Shown here piece by piece: positions 13,745 through 27,779 of a stretch of 64,000 nucleotides of DNA; position 1 is the stretch's first letter, and the number at the start of each line of letters is the position of its first letter. The stretch comes from Chiloscyllium plagiosum (lineage: Eukaryota), in contig NC_057720.1 in assembly GCF_004010195.1 (NCBI RefSeq), positions 36,336,140 through 36,400,139 of the forward strand, given 5' to 3'. The notes beneath the pieces are model-generated. The model did not search any database and was not told where the DNA came from. It saw nothing but the letters and a program-made list of their open reading frames with translations. The translations under genes were made by a program, and so were the position numbers.

Positions 13745-14815
13745 ATTAGACCATAATACGTAGGAGCAGAATTAGACTATTCAGCCCCACTGAGTCTATT
13801 CCAGCAATCATAGCTGATATATTTCTCAACTCCATTTTCTTGCCTTCTCCTTTATTATCTTACTAATCAGCAATACACCTCTGCTCTTGTATTCTAGTCC
13901 TCTTGAAATGAATGTTAACATTGGATTTGCCTTTCTACCTGCCAAGTGAATCTGCACGTCAACCTTAAGAGAATCCTAAACTAGGATTTCCAAGTCCCTT
14001 TAGGCTTTAGATTAGAAGACAGTCTACACCTCTATTCTTCCTACCAAAGTGCACAACCACAAAATTTCCCCTCATTGTATTCCATTTGCCACTTCTGTTC
14101 ATACGCTGATAGCCTATCCAGGCCCTTCTGCTGCCTCCACTAACCATATGTCACCTGCAAACCTTGCAACAGTTCTGTCATCCAGACTGTTAATATACAA
14201 CATGAGTGCTTGTGGTCCCAACATGTACCCCTACAGAATTCCATTAGTCACCGGCTGCCATCCTGGAAAAAAAAACCCTTGATCCCCACTCTCTGCCTTC
14301 TGCCAATCAACCAATCTTGTATCCATGCCAGTATCTTGTCTCTTAATACCATGGACTTTTATTTTATTTAGCAGCCTCCAGAACAGCACTTGTCAAAGGC
14401 CTTCTGGAAATCCAAACAGACCATGACCACTGGCTTTCCTCTGTCAAACTTGCTCATTACCTCCCCAAAGAATTCTAACAAATTTGTCAGGCATAACCTC
14501 CCCTTGATAAAACTAAGTTGACCCTACCCTATGTTATCATGGACTTCCAAGAACTCCAGAATCTCATCCTTAGAGCAATGGATTCTAAAATTATACCAAG
14601 GATCAAGGTCACACTAATGGACTACCGTTTCCATGTCTTCTTCTTCCCTCCCTTCTTCAACAGAGATGTTATATTAGACTCTGGGCAAGTCCAATCATCT
14701 GGGAATCTCCCTGACTCCAGTCATTCTGAAAAATTACCACAAATGCCTCACCAATCTCCTCAGCAATCTCCTTCAGAACTCTGGAACTTGGGTAGTTTAT
14801 CCACCTTCAGATCTT
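13745..14815 (-). mobile_element. Decayed CR1 LINE RT fragment
   Basis: The reverse complement contains DFQKAFDKV and VTNGIL/GP-like RT motifs plus a CR1 3' tail at ~13745. Confidence 0.75.
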
Positions 14816-14834
14816 TCAGCCTCCCCTCTCTTGT

Positions 14835-15235
14835 CTGCTTTCTAAAGGAACCCTTCCCTCCAGGACACCGTGCTGCACTCTTCCTTCACTCCCAACACCT
14901 CCCCACAGTCCCATGACACCTTCCCCCACAACTGCCAAACGTGTAAAGCCCAACCATTTACCTTCTCCATCTTCACTATCCAAGGGCCCAAACATACTTA
15001 CCAGGTGAAGCAGCACTTTACCTGCATTTCACACAATTTTGCCTACTGCATTCACTGCTCACAATGTGGTCTCTACATTGGGGTAATAAAGCGTAGACTG
15101 GATTACTACTTCACAGAACATCTACACTCTGCCCACAAAAAAACCCCTGAAATTCCAGTTGCATAGCACTTTAACACGCCACCTTGTTTCCTGGCCAACA
15201 TCTGTCTCAGGTCTATTGCAGTGTTCCAGCACGAG
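14835..15235 (+). mobile_element. Penelope-like element GIY-YIG endonuclease fragment
   Basis: ORF 14870..15166: FTCISHNFAYCIHCSQCGLYIGVIKRRL...TEHL (GIY-YIG with CxxC); homologous to ORF 31958. Confidence 0.85.
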
Positions 15236-15513
15236 CTGGAAGATTATGCCTTATATTGTTATTAAGCCAACGAGCGATCAATATACAAAAAAAATCTAGG
15301 TTACCAGAGAAAATGCCAATAAATGATCTCTCAAACATAGTAAAGAGACAGCATTTTATACCCATAGTGTGCTCTATCTTATTTTTCTCTAATTCACACC
15401 ATAAAATGTTTATTTATTAATCAGGTTCTCATTAGATAATCAATAAATTTAGTATTGTTATACAAAGCCGCTGACATTTTGCATTATTTGCATAAATGCA
15501 TGGGAATGAGATA

Positions 15514-15678
15514 GGAACAAAGCTGTTAATTCTATTAGGGTTCTTTCATACATAAACTAACTGTTCAAAACTATGTACATCAGAAGCTAGGGAACAAAGC
15601 TGTTAATTCTATTAGGGTTCTTTCACACGTTAAACAAACTAACTATTCAAAACTATGTACGTCAGAAGCTAGGGAACT
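15514..15678. repeat. ~80-bp tandem duplication (2 copies)
   Basis: ggaacaaagctgttaattctattagggttctttca...aaactatgtac.tcagaagctagg occurs twice in tandem. Confidence 0.9.
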
Positions 15679-15761
15679 ATCTGGTCCTGGTCATTGCATC
15701 ATGATTTCATAGCAACTTGTTATGGCAAGTTTCTGGGAAACAGGACAACTGATAATCTTTG

Positions 15762-15921
15762 TTGAGAGAGTGGTGCTGGAAAAGCACAACAGGTCAGGCA
15801 GCATCTGAGGAGCAGGAGAATTGATGTTTCCTTCATCAGGAATCTGCCTGACCTATGGTGCTTTTCCAGCACCACACTCTCGACTCTGATCTCTCACATC
15901 TGCAGTCTCTCACTTTCTCCT
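15762..15921. mobile_element. Inverted (palindromic) PLE pLTR mini-insertion
   Basis: TSD aactgataat(c/t)tttg at 15747-15761 and 15922-15936; a minus arm ending ...catcaggaat is followed by a plus arm ending ...cactttctcct. Confidence 0.8.
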
Positions 15922-16059
15922 AACTGATAATTTTTGCTTGGATACATTCATTCTCATGGTCACCTCACTTAGCCCTTTATTAAAAGTAATTTTATTAATA
16001 CAAAATGTATTCTCATAAATATGGGGTTTCTTTTTAGCTATTATTTCTTTCATACTTTA

Positions 16060-16470
16060 TCAGGGACCCTGCAGCCATCCAGACTCAATATCATATTCAA
16101 TAGTTTTAGGGCCTGAGCTCTCCTACGTCCTAGCCCCATAATCCACATATTAGGCCTTGTTATCACATAGTTTGTCATTACACATTACCTGTTGTTAATC
16201 ACTAACAGTCTCCATTAACAGCTATTCACTCTCCTAACCAGATCGTTATCCACTCCTTTGTCTGTCCAACTGTTCTCTCTCTGGGCTCTATCCCCACTTA
16301 TCGTTTACTCCTTGCCCCTTCCCCCGACCCTATCTTATGTGTATAAACCGACATTTTCCTAGCTACCATCAGTGCTAAGGAAGGGTCACGAGACCAGAAA
16401 GCTAACTCAGATTTCTCTTCACGGATGCTGCCAGATGTGCTGAGTTTCTCCTGCAACTTTGTTTCTGTTA
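16060..16470 (+). mobile_element. Old PLE 3' end with degenerate hammerhead (16371-16408)
   Basis: GTLQP..LNI.F-like ORF end, pyrimidine-rich tract, ctaaggaagggtcacgagaccagaaag, then gatgctgccaga...tgagtttctcc tail shared with 33233, 43035 and 50640. Confidence 0.65.
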
Positions 16471-16857
16471 CCTTCTCTTTATTGTTGGCCACTGCACTCA
16501 CCTCTGCCCCCAAATCTCAGTATGCTGCTGGTCATAGAGTCATAAAGATGTCATAGGGCCCCTCAAAGATCAGCAAAGCGGCCTTTGTGTAGAGCCGCAG
16601 AAAATGGGGGAGACACTAAATGAATATTTTGCATCAGTATTTACTGTGGAAAAGGATATAGAAGATATAGACTGTAGGGAAATAGATAGTGACATCTTGC
16701 AAAATGTCCAGATTACAGAGGAGGAAGTGCTGGATGTCTTGAAACGGGTAAAGGTGGATAAATCCCCAGGACCTGATCAGGTGTACCCGAGAACTCTGTG
16801 AGAAGCTAGAGAAGTGATTGTTGGGCCTCTTGCTGAGATATTTGTATCATAGATAGT

Positions 16858-16990
16858 GGGAGAAAGTGAGGACTGCAGATGCTGGAGATCAGAGCTGAAA
16901 AATGTGTTGCTTGAAAAGCGCAGCAGGTCAGGCAGCATGCAAGGAGCAGGAGAATCGACGTTTCGGGCATAAGCCCTTCTTCAGGAATCC
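16858..16990 (-). mobile_element. 133-bp PLE pLTR-like mini-element
   Basis: TSD atcat(a/c)gatagt at 16846-16857 and 16991-17002; interrupts the CR1 reading frame. Confidence 0.85.
16953..16988 (-). ncRNA. Minimal type-I hammerhead ribozyme motif (intact core)
   Basis: Minus strand AUUC-CUGAAGA-A-GGGC-UUAU-GCCC-GAAA-C-GUC-GAUU: core boxes, stem II, palindromic ACGU stem III, GUC triplet; stem I is weak. Confidence 0.75.
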
Positions 16991-17064
16991 ATCATCGATA
17001 GTCACAGGTGAGGTGCCGGAAGACTGGAGGTTGGCAAACATGGTGCCACTGTTTAAGAAGGGTG

Positions 17065-20000
17065 TCTTCCTCTGTGAAAATTTACGTAAAGTACCTATTC
17101 AGTTCCTCCGCCACTTCTTTGTTCCCCTTTACTAATTCTCCAGCTTCATTTTCCAATGGTCCAATGTCCATTCTTGCTTCTCTCTTTCCTTTTAGATATT
17201 TAAAAAGCTCTTGCAATCTTCATTTATTTTACTAATTACCATACTCTCATTTCATCATCTTCCCCTTTATTGCTTTTTCAGTTATCCTCTGCTAATTTTT
17301 AAAGGTTTCTCACTAATCTTCTATGCTTTTTCATTTGCTTTTATGCTGTGTCTGTTTCATCTTGTCAGTCATGGTTGCCTCATCCTCCCCTCAGCCCTCA
17401 GTATGTTTCTTATTCCTTGGGAAGAATTTCTGCTGTGCCTCCCAAATTACCCCAGAAACTCCTGCCATTGCTGCATCTTCTCTGCTAGGCTATTCTTCCA
17501 ATCAACTCTGCTCCTCTTTCATGTCTTTGCAGTTACCTTCACTCAATTGTAATCCCATTGTATCTGATTCTATCTTCTCTCTCTTAAACTACAGGGTGAA
17601 TTTATGTTATTACAGTCACTGTCCCTTGGGGATTCCTTCACCTTAAACAAGCTAATCAAGTCTGCCTCATTATACATCACCAAATCCAGAACTGCCTATT
17701 CCCAAGATAGCTCTATGACAAGCTGATCAAAAAAATCTTGTAGATATTCCAAAATCCTTTTTCTTGAAATCCACTACCAACTTGAAGTTTCCCAATTCAC
17801 ATGCATATTGAAATCTCCCATGATTAACGTAATAGAAAAGGCATGTAAGCAAGGCACTATTTCCTGATTTATTTTCTTCCCAAACTCTGACTACTGCTTG
17901 GAGGCCTGTACACAACTCCCAACAGAATCTTTTTCCCTTTGCGGTTTCCCAACTCTACCCACACAGATTTTATGGCTTCTGACTTTATATCAAGTCTCAT
18001 TATCAATTTAATTCAATTTCTTACGAACAAGACAAACCCACCCCTCTGCCCCTCCTTTCAAAAGGACATGTATGCTTGAATATTTAGTTTCCACCCGATC
18101 TCCTTGCAACCACATCTCTGTGATACCCACATCATGATACCTGTCAATTTCAATCTGCGCTACAAGCTCAGTTTACTTTGTTTTATTTACTGCATGCATT
18201 TAAGTACAACATCCTCAATCCTGCATTGACTACCCTCCTTCTCATTGTTGTCCCCTATCTGTGCCTGAAGTTAGACTCCTGACCCTTTCCAAATTCTCTG
18301 TCCAATTACTTGTTTTGGAAACTTTAATAACCACTGCTGAGCCCAACCCCACTTTAACATTTTCCATAATTGTCCATGCTGTACCAAAGCACCCACCCCC
18401 TAACACTATTTAATTTAAAGCTCTATCAGCTCTAGTTTTGCAATTTGCCAGGACACTGGTCACAGAATAATTCAGATGGAGCCCTCCCATTGAAACAGTT
18501 CTCTCTCCTTGCCCAATACTGGTGCCAATGTTCCATGAATTCAAACCTGTTTCTCCCATACCAATCTCTGGGACACTAGTTTACCTCTTTAATCTTGGTG
18601 AGCCCCTGTCAGTTTGCTCATGGCTCAGGTAGTCATCCAGAGATTATTACCTTTATCATGCATAAAAAGCAAGTTGCTACAGGTCTGATGGTATTTTCTG
18701 AACCTCATCAACTTTCTTCTTAGCCTTTACCTCTTACCTTAAATCTAGGCTTGCTGATTATTAATACCTCTACTAATGGAAAATGTGCCTTCCTACCCTC
18801 ACTATCTATGCCCCTCAATCTTACAGACCTCTACGAGACCCCATCTCAACCTTAGCTGGTCCAATTAAATAACCCCAGCTTATGCAATCTTTCCTCTCTC
18901 AGACCCTCCAGACAGCATCCTGGTAAATTTCATCCACACCTTCTCTAATGTAAGAACACCTTTACAATAATTTAGTGACCAGAACTGTATGCAGTACTTC
19001 AACTGTGACCTAACCAAGGTTCTATACTAATTAAGAAACATAGAAAATAAGAAATGGAGTAGGCCATTCAACCTCTCAAACCTGTTCTGCCATTAATCAT
19101 GATCATGGCTGATCACTGAGCTCAATATCTCAAGTCCATGAGCCACAGGAAGTGTATTTACCTCATTTTTAAATAGGGTTCCAGACTAATCTCCCTTCTC
19201 TTCCCTTTATAATCATCAAGTTTTGGAATACAAATATCCCATATGCTTTCTTAACCTTCCCTTTACCTACCTGCCATACTCCCTTCTGGAATCTGCGGAT
19301 ACTGCTTGGAGGCCTGAATACAACTCCCATCAGAATCTTTTTTCCCCTCTGGCAACTCTAACTACATCGATTCTACTTCTGACTCTATATCAATACCTCT
19401 GCCAGAACTGCCAGAGGAGGTGGTGAAAGCAGATAGAACAACTGCATTCAAGAAACACTTGGACGAATACGTGAAAAGGAGGGGAATAGAGGAATACAGA
19501 TCCTGCACATGATAACAGCTTTAGTATGGAAGGGCAAAATGTGTCAGGGCAGGCTTGGTGGGCCCAAGGCCTATTCCTGTGCTGTTTTGTTCTTTATATG
19601 CACACTGACATCCCTTTGACTTTCAGTACTTTCCAGGGTCCTCTCGTTTAAAGTGCAACTCCTTGTCTCGTTAGCTGCCCAGCACATTACCTCAAGCATT
19701 TCTGGTTTGGATTCCATTTGCTAGTGCTCTACGAAGTTAACCAGACCATTAAAAAACACCTGCACGTGCAGATATCTTTTTCACTATTTATGACCTCACC
19801 AATTTTTTGTCATCCACAACATCTTGATTATATCCCATACATAGAGTCAGAGAATTATACAGAAAGGAAACAGACCCTTCAGTCCGACTCATCCGTGCTG
19901 ACCAGATATCCTAAACCGATTTAGTGCCATTGGCCAGCATTTGGCTCATATCCCTCTAAACGCTTCCTATTCATGTACCCATCCAGATGACTTTTAAATG

Positions 20001-22085
20001 TTGTAACTGTACCTGCGCCCACCACTTCCTCTGGCAGCTCCTTCCATTTACACACCACCCTCTACATGAAAAAGTTGCCCCTTAGATCCCTTTTAAATCT
20101 TGTCCCTCTCACCTTAAACCTATGCCCTCTAGTTTTGGATTCCCCTACCCTGGGAAAAAGATCTTGGCTATGTACCCTATCCATGCCCCTCGTGATTTTA
20201 TAAACCTCTATAAGGAACCCCTCAGCCTCCGATGATCCAGAGAAAAAAAACAACCTATTCAGCCTGGCCCAATAGTTCAAACTCTCCAATCCTATCAACA
20301 TCCTTGTAAATCTTTTCTGATCCATACATTAAGTCCAAATCATTACTGTACACCACAAACAACAGGTGCCTAGCACCCAAGTCCTGCAGAATCCCACTGG
20401 AAACAGACTTCCGGTCACAGAAACATCAATTTACTATCACCCTCTGCTTCTTGTCTCTCATGGATCCAATGTGCTACTTTGCCTTGGATGCCAATGGACC
20501 TTTGTTTCTTGACCAGTCTGCCATATGGGACCTTAACAATAGCTTTGCTAATGTCCATGAAGAGCATATCAATTATCTAAATCAACATGCCTCTTACTTT
20601 AGCAAAAAATTGAAATCAATTTTTTTTTTAACTCAAACTTTCTTTAACAAATCATTGTGACTCTGCAAGTGCAGGTATATTTTTATCCTCAGATTTCTTT
20701 CTCATAACTTCCCCTACATAAAGGTTAGACTGAGAGGCCAGTAATTTCCTGGTCCACCCATCCTCCCTTTCGTAAGAACTGGACAATGGTAGCAGCCCTC
20801 CACCTCACCAGTGGCCAGGGAGGATTTAAAAATTTTTTTGGTCAGATCCCGTCTCATCCTTCTAAACTCTAGTGTCTCTTCACAGGACAGATCCTTTATC
20901 AGCCTAGTGAACCCCTGCTGCACTCCTTCTATGGCAGGCATATGATTCCTTAGGTTGAGAGACCAAAACTGCATGCAGTATTCCAGCTATGGGCTCACCA
21001 AGGCCCTGTATAACTGCAGTTAAAACATCCCTAATTCAAATCCTGTTGCAATGAAGGCCAATATACCATTTGCCTTCCTAATTACTTGCCGCACCTGCCT
21101 GTCTACTTTCACTGCCTGGTGAACAAGGACACCAAGATTCCCTGCACATTGAAGTTTCCCAATATATCACTGTTTAAGTAATACTCAGCTGGTTTTTCAC
21201 ATGAAACTTAATATTTAGACATATCATACCTCAATCTGCTATGTGTTTGCCCACTAATTCAACTTGTTTCAATCACCATGAAGACTCCTTGTATTGTTCT
21301 CACAACCTCACCCAGATTTGTGTCATCAAACTTGGAAATGCTGCATTTGATACCCTTGTCTAGCTCATATCTACTGAAAAGCTCGGGCCCACTGAATAGC
21401 TAGGATCCTCGTGGTTCCCCACTAGTTACAAGATCCATTTATTCCCCATTCTTTGTTCACTGTCTGTCAATCAATTCTCAATTCATGCCAACATATTACC
21501 CAATCTAAATACACCACCTCCACTGGTTCTTCTTCATCTGTTCTGCTAGTTACATCTTCAAAAAATTCCAGTAAATTTGTTAAACATGATTTGCCTTTCA
21601 TAAACCCATGCTGGCTCTGTCCAGTCCTGTCAATGCATTCCAGTGCTGTGTTATCATGACTTTTATAAGTGATTATACATTTGCACCACTACTGATGTGA
21701 CGCTAACTGCTCAGTAGTTCAAGTTTCTTTATCTCTCCCTCCCTTTTTAAATAAGGGGGTTACTTTTCCCGCCCTTCAATCTGTAAGAACTGCTCCACAG
21801 ACAATAGAAATTTGACCACCAATCCATTTATTATTTCCAGGGCAACTTCCCTTTAGTCCTCTGGGTGCAGATGATCAGGCCATGTGAATTTGTCAGTTTT
21901 GGAACACTATTACATTTCCTAATACTACTTTCTTTCTAATACCAATTTCCCTCAATTCCTCCCTCTCACTAAATCCTTGGTTCTGTAACATTTCTGGGTT
22001 ATCTATGCTGTCTTTTCTTAAGATGGACTGAAGTCCATGTTCAATTATTCTGCTATTTGCCTTCCATGTTCAATTATTCTGCCAT
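17065..22085 (-). mobile_element. Cluster of nested, decayed CR1 LINE fragments (mostly minus; short plus 3' end ~19400-19595; younger 3' end 19841-20325)
   Basis: ORFs 20062 and 20714 (-) with QKRFTRML, RGHRFKVRG and QFWS motifs; multiple CR1 tails. Confidence 0.72.
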
Positions 22086-22087
22086 TA

Positions 22088-23677
22088 TCTTAGGATTCTC
22101 GGGGAAGCCAGGGAGGAGATTGCCGAGCCTTTGTCTTTGATCTTTATGTTGTAATTGTCTACAGGAAAAGTGTCAGAAGACTGGAGGATAGCAAATGTTG
22201 TTCCTTTGTTCAAGAGAGAAAGTAGAGACAACTCTGGAAATTATAGACAAGTGAGCCTTAATTCGGTTGTGGTTAAAGTACTGGAAAGAGTTATAACAGA
22301 TAGGACTTTATAATCATCTAGAGAGGAATAAGTTGATAACACTGTTTTGTGAAAGGTAGGTCATGCCTCACAAACCTCAGTGAGTTCTTTGAGGTAGATG
22401 AGGGTAAAGCGGTTGATGTGGTGTATATGGATTTCAGTAAGGCATTTGATAAGGTTCCCCATGATAGGCTACTGCAGAAAATACGGAGACATAGGATTGA
22501 GGAAGATTTAGTGGTTTGGATCAGAAATTAGCTAGCTGAAAGAAGACAGAGGGTGGTGGTTGATGGGAAATATTTATCCTGGAGTTCAGCTACTAGTGAG
22601 GTCCTGCAAGGATTTGTTTTGGATCCACTGTTGTTTGTCATTTTTATAAATGATCTGAATGAGGGCATAGAAGGATGGGTTAGTAAATTTGCAGATCACA
22701 CTAAGGTCAATACAGTTGTGGACAGTGACGAAGGATGTTGTAGGTTAACAGAGAGACATAGGTAAGCTGCACAGCTGGGCTGAGAGATGGCAAATGGAAA
22801 AGTGTGAGGTGATTCACTTTGGAAGGAGTAACAGGAATGCAGAGTACTGGGCTAATGGTAAGATTCTTGGTAGTGTAGATGAGCAGAGAGATCTTGGTGT
22901 CCAAGTACATAGATCCTTGAAAGTTGCCACCCAGCTTGATAGGGTTGTTAAGAAGGCACACGGTGCGTTAGCTATTATTGGTAGAGGGACTGAGTTTCGG
23001 AACCACGAGATCATGTTGCAGCTGTACAAAACTCTGGTGCAGCCACATTTGGAGTACTGCTTACAGTTCTGGTCACTGCAAGATAGGAAGGATGTGGAAG
23101 CTTTGGAAAGAGTTCAGAGGAGATTTACTAGGATGTTGCCTGGTATGGAGAGAAGGTCTTATGAGGAAAGGCTGAGGAACTTGAGGCTGTTTTCATTAGA
23201 GAGAAAAAGGTTGAGAGGTGACTTAATTGAGACGTATAAGATCATCAGAGGTTTAAGACAGGGTGGACAGTGAGAGCCTTTTACCTCGAATGGTGATGGC
23301 TAGCACGAGGGGTGACAGATATAGGACAGATGTCAGAGGTTGTTTCTTTATTCAGAGCGTAGTAGAAGCATGGAATGCAGTGTCTTCAGCAGTAGTAGAC
23401 TCGGTAAGTTTAAGAGCTGAAAATGTGTTGCTGGAAAAGCACAGCAGGTCAGGCAGCATCCAAAGTCCTTTTCCAGCAACACATTTTCAGCTCTGATCTC
23501 CAGCATCTGCAGTCTTCACTTTCTCCTCGGTAAGTTTAAGGACATTTAAATGGTCATTGCATAGGCATATGGACGAGAATGGAATAGTGTACGTTAGATG
23601 GGCTCCAGATTGGTTCCACAGGTCGACGCAACATTGAGGGCCAAAGGGCCTGTACTGCGCTGTAATGTTCTATGTTC
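22088..23677 (+). mobile_element. CR1 LINE ORF2 RT region to 3' end (frameshifted)
   Basis: [51 protein letters not shown]; tail tgttctatgttct. Confidence 0.9.
23415..23525. mobile_element. 111-bp palindromic PLE tail insertion
   Basis: 15-bp TSD ctcggtaagtttaag (23400-23414, 23526-23540); perfect 27-bp inverted arms 23413-23439 / 23468-23494. Confidence 0.85.
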
Positions 23678-24589
23678 TTTGCTCCTATTATAATTTCCCA
23701 GTTTATGACTGTAAGGGACGTACACTTTTCTTTATTCATCTTTTTTTCTCTTCACATATTTATAGAAGCTTTTATGGTCAGTTTTTACATTCCCTGCAAT
23801 GTTACTATCACACTTTATTTTCTTCGATTGATCAAAGCTTTTATCCTCTTCTGTCAAATTCTAAAACGCTCATATTGCTTGCTGCTTTTTTTCTGGCAAT
23901 TTTACATGTCTCCTCATTGGATCTAATACTATTCCTAATTTCTATTGTAGGCTATGAGTCAGTTGTTTTTCCAGTTTTATTTTTGCACCAGTCCCTAATC
24001 TTTCCCAACATATTCTCTTGCTTTTTATGCATTTTTTAAAAAATCCTTTTCGGTTTTCCTTTATCCTACCTGTTAATGCTTTCTCATACATTCTTTGCTT
24101 TCCGAATTTGCCCCACACTTTTTAAAGAGTTCTAAGGACTCTGCTGTAAAGAACTATTGGTATCTGCCATGAGCTTCTCTTTTCTTTCTTAAACCTAACC
24201 TTTATGACTGTTGACATCAGTATTTTCTTCTAATATCACTCACTTTATCTTTACGAGAAATCTGAGCGTATGGCAACTGACTGCTGTGAAAAAGTGTGGT
24301 GGTTTACCTTTTCTGATTGTTCTACCCTACAAGAGATCTACCAGGATAACAGAATCTGGGTCTGATTGCCAATCTTTGAAAAATCTGGCCAATATATATT
24401 TTGGGGGAAAATGCGCTGTTGATTTGGAATATTACTATGTAACCAGCTTTGGTGGAAACTGAAGGTTGGGTTGGGGAGTTGACATTTTATTAAGGAAAAA
24501 CTGCAACTAACATGTGAGAAATGTTCATTTGCTACTGGCTTCTCAAATCTATTTTATCCTTGATTAAATCCTTGACAGGGAGTATGGAG

Positions 24590-27415
24590 TTAAATGGAAA
24601 GATAAGCAGTACAGACCTCCTAACAGTGGGCAGAACCGGGAAATAGATAGGACATGTTGAAAGGCAAGGTCACGGTGATCATGGGGGACTTCAAAATGCA
24701 AGGTGGGTGAATAATGTTGCCGGTGGATCCAAAGAAAGGGAATTCATGGAATGCTTACAGGATGGCTTTTGGAACAACGTGTGATGAAACCCATAAGGGA
24801 GCAGGCTATTCTGGACTTAGTGCTATATGATGAGGAGTTGAAAATGTGTTGCTGGAAAAGCGCAGCAGGTCAGGCAGCATCCAAGGAGCAGGAGAATCGA
24901 CGTTTCGGGCATGACCCCTTCTTCAGGAATGAGGAAAGTGTGCCAAGCGGGCTAAGATAAAAGATAGGGAGGAGGGACTTGGGGGAGGGGCGTTGGAAAT
25001 GCGATAGGTGGAAGGAGGTTAATGTGAGGGTGATAGGCCAGAGTGGGGGTGGGATGGAGGTGGAGGTGGAGAGGTCAGGAAGAAGATTGCAGGTTAGGAA
25101 GGTGGTGCTGAGTTCGTGGGTTGTGACTGAGACAAGGTGGGGGGAGGGGAACCAAACTTTATAAAAGATCTTAAAGTAAGGGAACACTTAGGTGGCAGCG
25201 ATCATAATATGGTAGAATTCAGTCAAAGAGAGAAGACAAAATTAGATGTAATGGTGGTACAGTTAAATAAAAATAGTTATAGGGGCAGGAGAGAGGAACT
25301 GATGAAAAGTGACTGAAAGCAGAGGCTAGCAGGGAAGACAGTAGAGCAACAATGGCAGGGGTTTCTGGGTACAGTTGAGGACAGAGTACAGAGCTTCATC
25401 CCAAAGAAAAGAAAGATTATCCAGGGGGTGATTAGACAGCCATGGCTGACCAAGGAAGTCAGTAAATGTACCAAAGAAAAGAGAGATCCTTTAAAATGAC
25501 CAAGAGCACTGGGAAATCAGAAGATTGGGAAGGCTACAAAAACAAACAGAGGATAACAAAGAGAGAAATAAGGAAGGAGAGAATCAAATATGAAGTAGGC
25601 TAGCCAGTAATATTAGAAATGGTAGTAAAAGTTTCTTTTAATACATAAGAAACAAACAAGAGGCAAAAGTAGACATTGGGCTGCTTCAAATTGATGTTGG
25701 CAGGCTAGTGATGGGAGATAAGGAAACAGCTGAAGAACTTAATAAGTACTTTGTGTCAGTCTTCACAGTGGAAGACATGAGTAATATCCTAACAATTAAG
25801 GAAAGTCGGGGGCAGAGTTAAGTATAGTAGCCACTACAAAAGAGAAAGCGCTAGAAAAGCTAAAAGGTCTAAAGATTGATAAATCTCCTGGCCCTGATGA
25901 GCTACAGCCTAGAGCTCTGACGGAAGTGGTTGAGGCAATAGTGAGGCATTGGTTGTGATCTTCTAAAAGTCACTGGAGTCAGGGAAAAGTCCCGGATGAT
26001 TCGAAAATCGCTGTTTTAACCCCCTTCTTCAAGAAAGGATCAAAACAAAAGATGAAAATTTATAGCCGATTAGCCTAACCTCAGTTGTTGGCAAAATTCT
26101 ATAATCCATTGTTAATGGTTGGATTGGATTAGAACAAGTCAGTATGGATTTAGTAAGGGGAGGTCATGCCAGACAAATCTGTTAGAATTCTTTGAAGAGG
26201 TAACAAGTAGGTTAGACTGGGAAACCCAGTGGCTGTTATCTACCTTGACTTCCACAAGGCCTTTGATAAGGTGCCTCATGGGAGGCTGCTAAGTAAGGTG
26301 AGGGCCCATCGTGTTCAAGGTGAGCTCGTAGCATGAACTGAGGATTGGCTGTCTTGACAGAAGGCAGAGAGTTTGGATAAAAGGTTCTTTTTCGGAATGA
26401 CAGCCGATGACAAGTGGTGTCCCGCAGGGTTCAGTGCTGGGGCCGCAGCTGTTCACTTTATATATTAATGACCTGGATGAAGGGACTGTGGGCATTTTGG
26501 CAAAGTCTGCTGATAATACAAAGTTAGATGGACAGGCAGGTAGTAATGAGGAAGTGGGGAGGCTGCAGAAAGATTTAGACAATTTAGGTGAGTGGTCCAG
26601 AAATTGGCTGAGGAAATTCAATATAAGCAAATGCGAGGTCTTGTACTTTGGAAAAAAGAACACAGGCATGGACTATTTCTAAACGGTGAGAAAATTCATA
26701 AAGCCCAAGTTCAAAGGGATCTGGGAGTGCCAGGCAAGGATTCTCTGAAAGTTAACTTGCAGGTTGAATCCGTGATTAAGAAAGCAAATGTCATATTGTC
26801 ATTGGTCTCAAGAGGGTTGGAATACAAAAGCAGCGATGTGCTTCTGAGACTTAATAAAACTCTAGTTAGGTCCCATTTAGAATACTTTGGGCCCCACACC
26901 TCAGGAAGGACATAATGGCACTGCAGCATGTCCAGCGGAGATTCACACGGATGATCCCTGGAATGATAGGCCAGCATACGATGAATGACTGAGGATCCTA
27001 GGATTGTATTCATTAGAGTTTAGAAGGTTGAGGGGAGATATAATAGAAACTTACAAGATAATGTATGGTTTAGAAATGGTGGATGCTGGGAAGCTGTTTC
27101 CGTTAGGCGGGGAGACTAGGACCTATGGGCACAGCCTTAGAATTAGAGGGGGTCAATTTAGAATGGAAATGAGGAGACATTTCTTCAGCCAGAGAGTGGT
27201 GGGCCTGTGGAATTCATTGCCATGGACCACAGTGGAGGCCGGGGCATTAAATGTTTTCAAGGAAGAGATTGATAAATTCTTGATCTTGCAAGGAATTCAG
27301 GGCTACGGGGAGCGGCGGGTTAAGAGGAGTTGAAATGCCCATCAGACATGATTAAATTGTGGAGTGGACTTGATCAGCCAAATGGCCCTACTTCCACTCC
27401 TATGTCTTATGGTCT
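24590..27415 (+). mobile_element. Long decayed CR1 ORF2 (endonuclease end, RT, 3' tail) interrupted by a PLE
   Basis: [40 protein letters not shown] and ADNTKL motifs. Confidence 0.88.
24836..25150 (-). mobile_element. PLE 3' fragment with hammerhead motif at 24895-24930
   Basis: Minus: attc-ctgaaga-a-ggg-gtcatg-ccc-gaaa-cgtc-gatt; same family as 16858 and 48118. Confidence 0.82.
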
Positions 27416-27779
27416 CAAATAAAATTATAAAGCAAAATTTATGCTAAAAATCTGGATAAAGACTCAAGTACTTGCATTCCTATAGTGCCTTTTATGAACT
27501 CAGGATGCCTCAAGGATTTTAAGTGCTTGTTGTAACTTAGGAGCATATGGCAATCAATTTGTGCACAGCATGGTCCCATAGATAACTAAGTGATAAAAGC
27601 CAAATAATCTGCTTCTTTTTTGTGATCTTGATTGCTGGATAAATGTAGGCCAGGTATCAATGAATATTTCTACAATACCATTCATCATTATTAATGATTG
27701 TTGGTAAAGTACAGAAATAGGAGGATAAAGCAGATGAATGACGAGCTGGAAAGATGTTGCAGAATGGTTTATATCATCT

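Larger units (their letters stand above)
16552..17062 (+). mobile_element. Young CR1 ORF2 fragment containing a PLE mini-insertion
   Basis: LNEYFASVFT...KVDKSPGPD..YPR...VPEDWRLAN.VPLFKKG. Confidence 0.85.

Noticed and set aside
22349..23273. RT-like ORFs here and at 26407, 45355 and 62558 as functional genes
   Set aside because: Frameshifts and stops break them up; they are dead CR1 copies.
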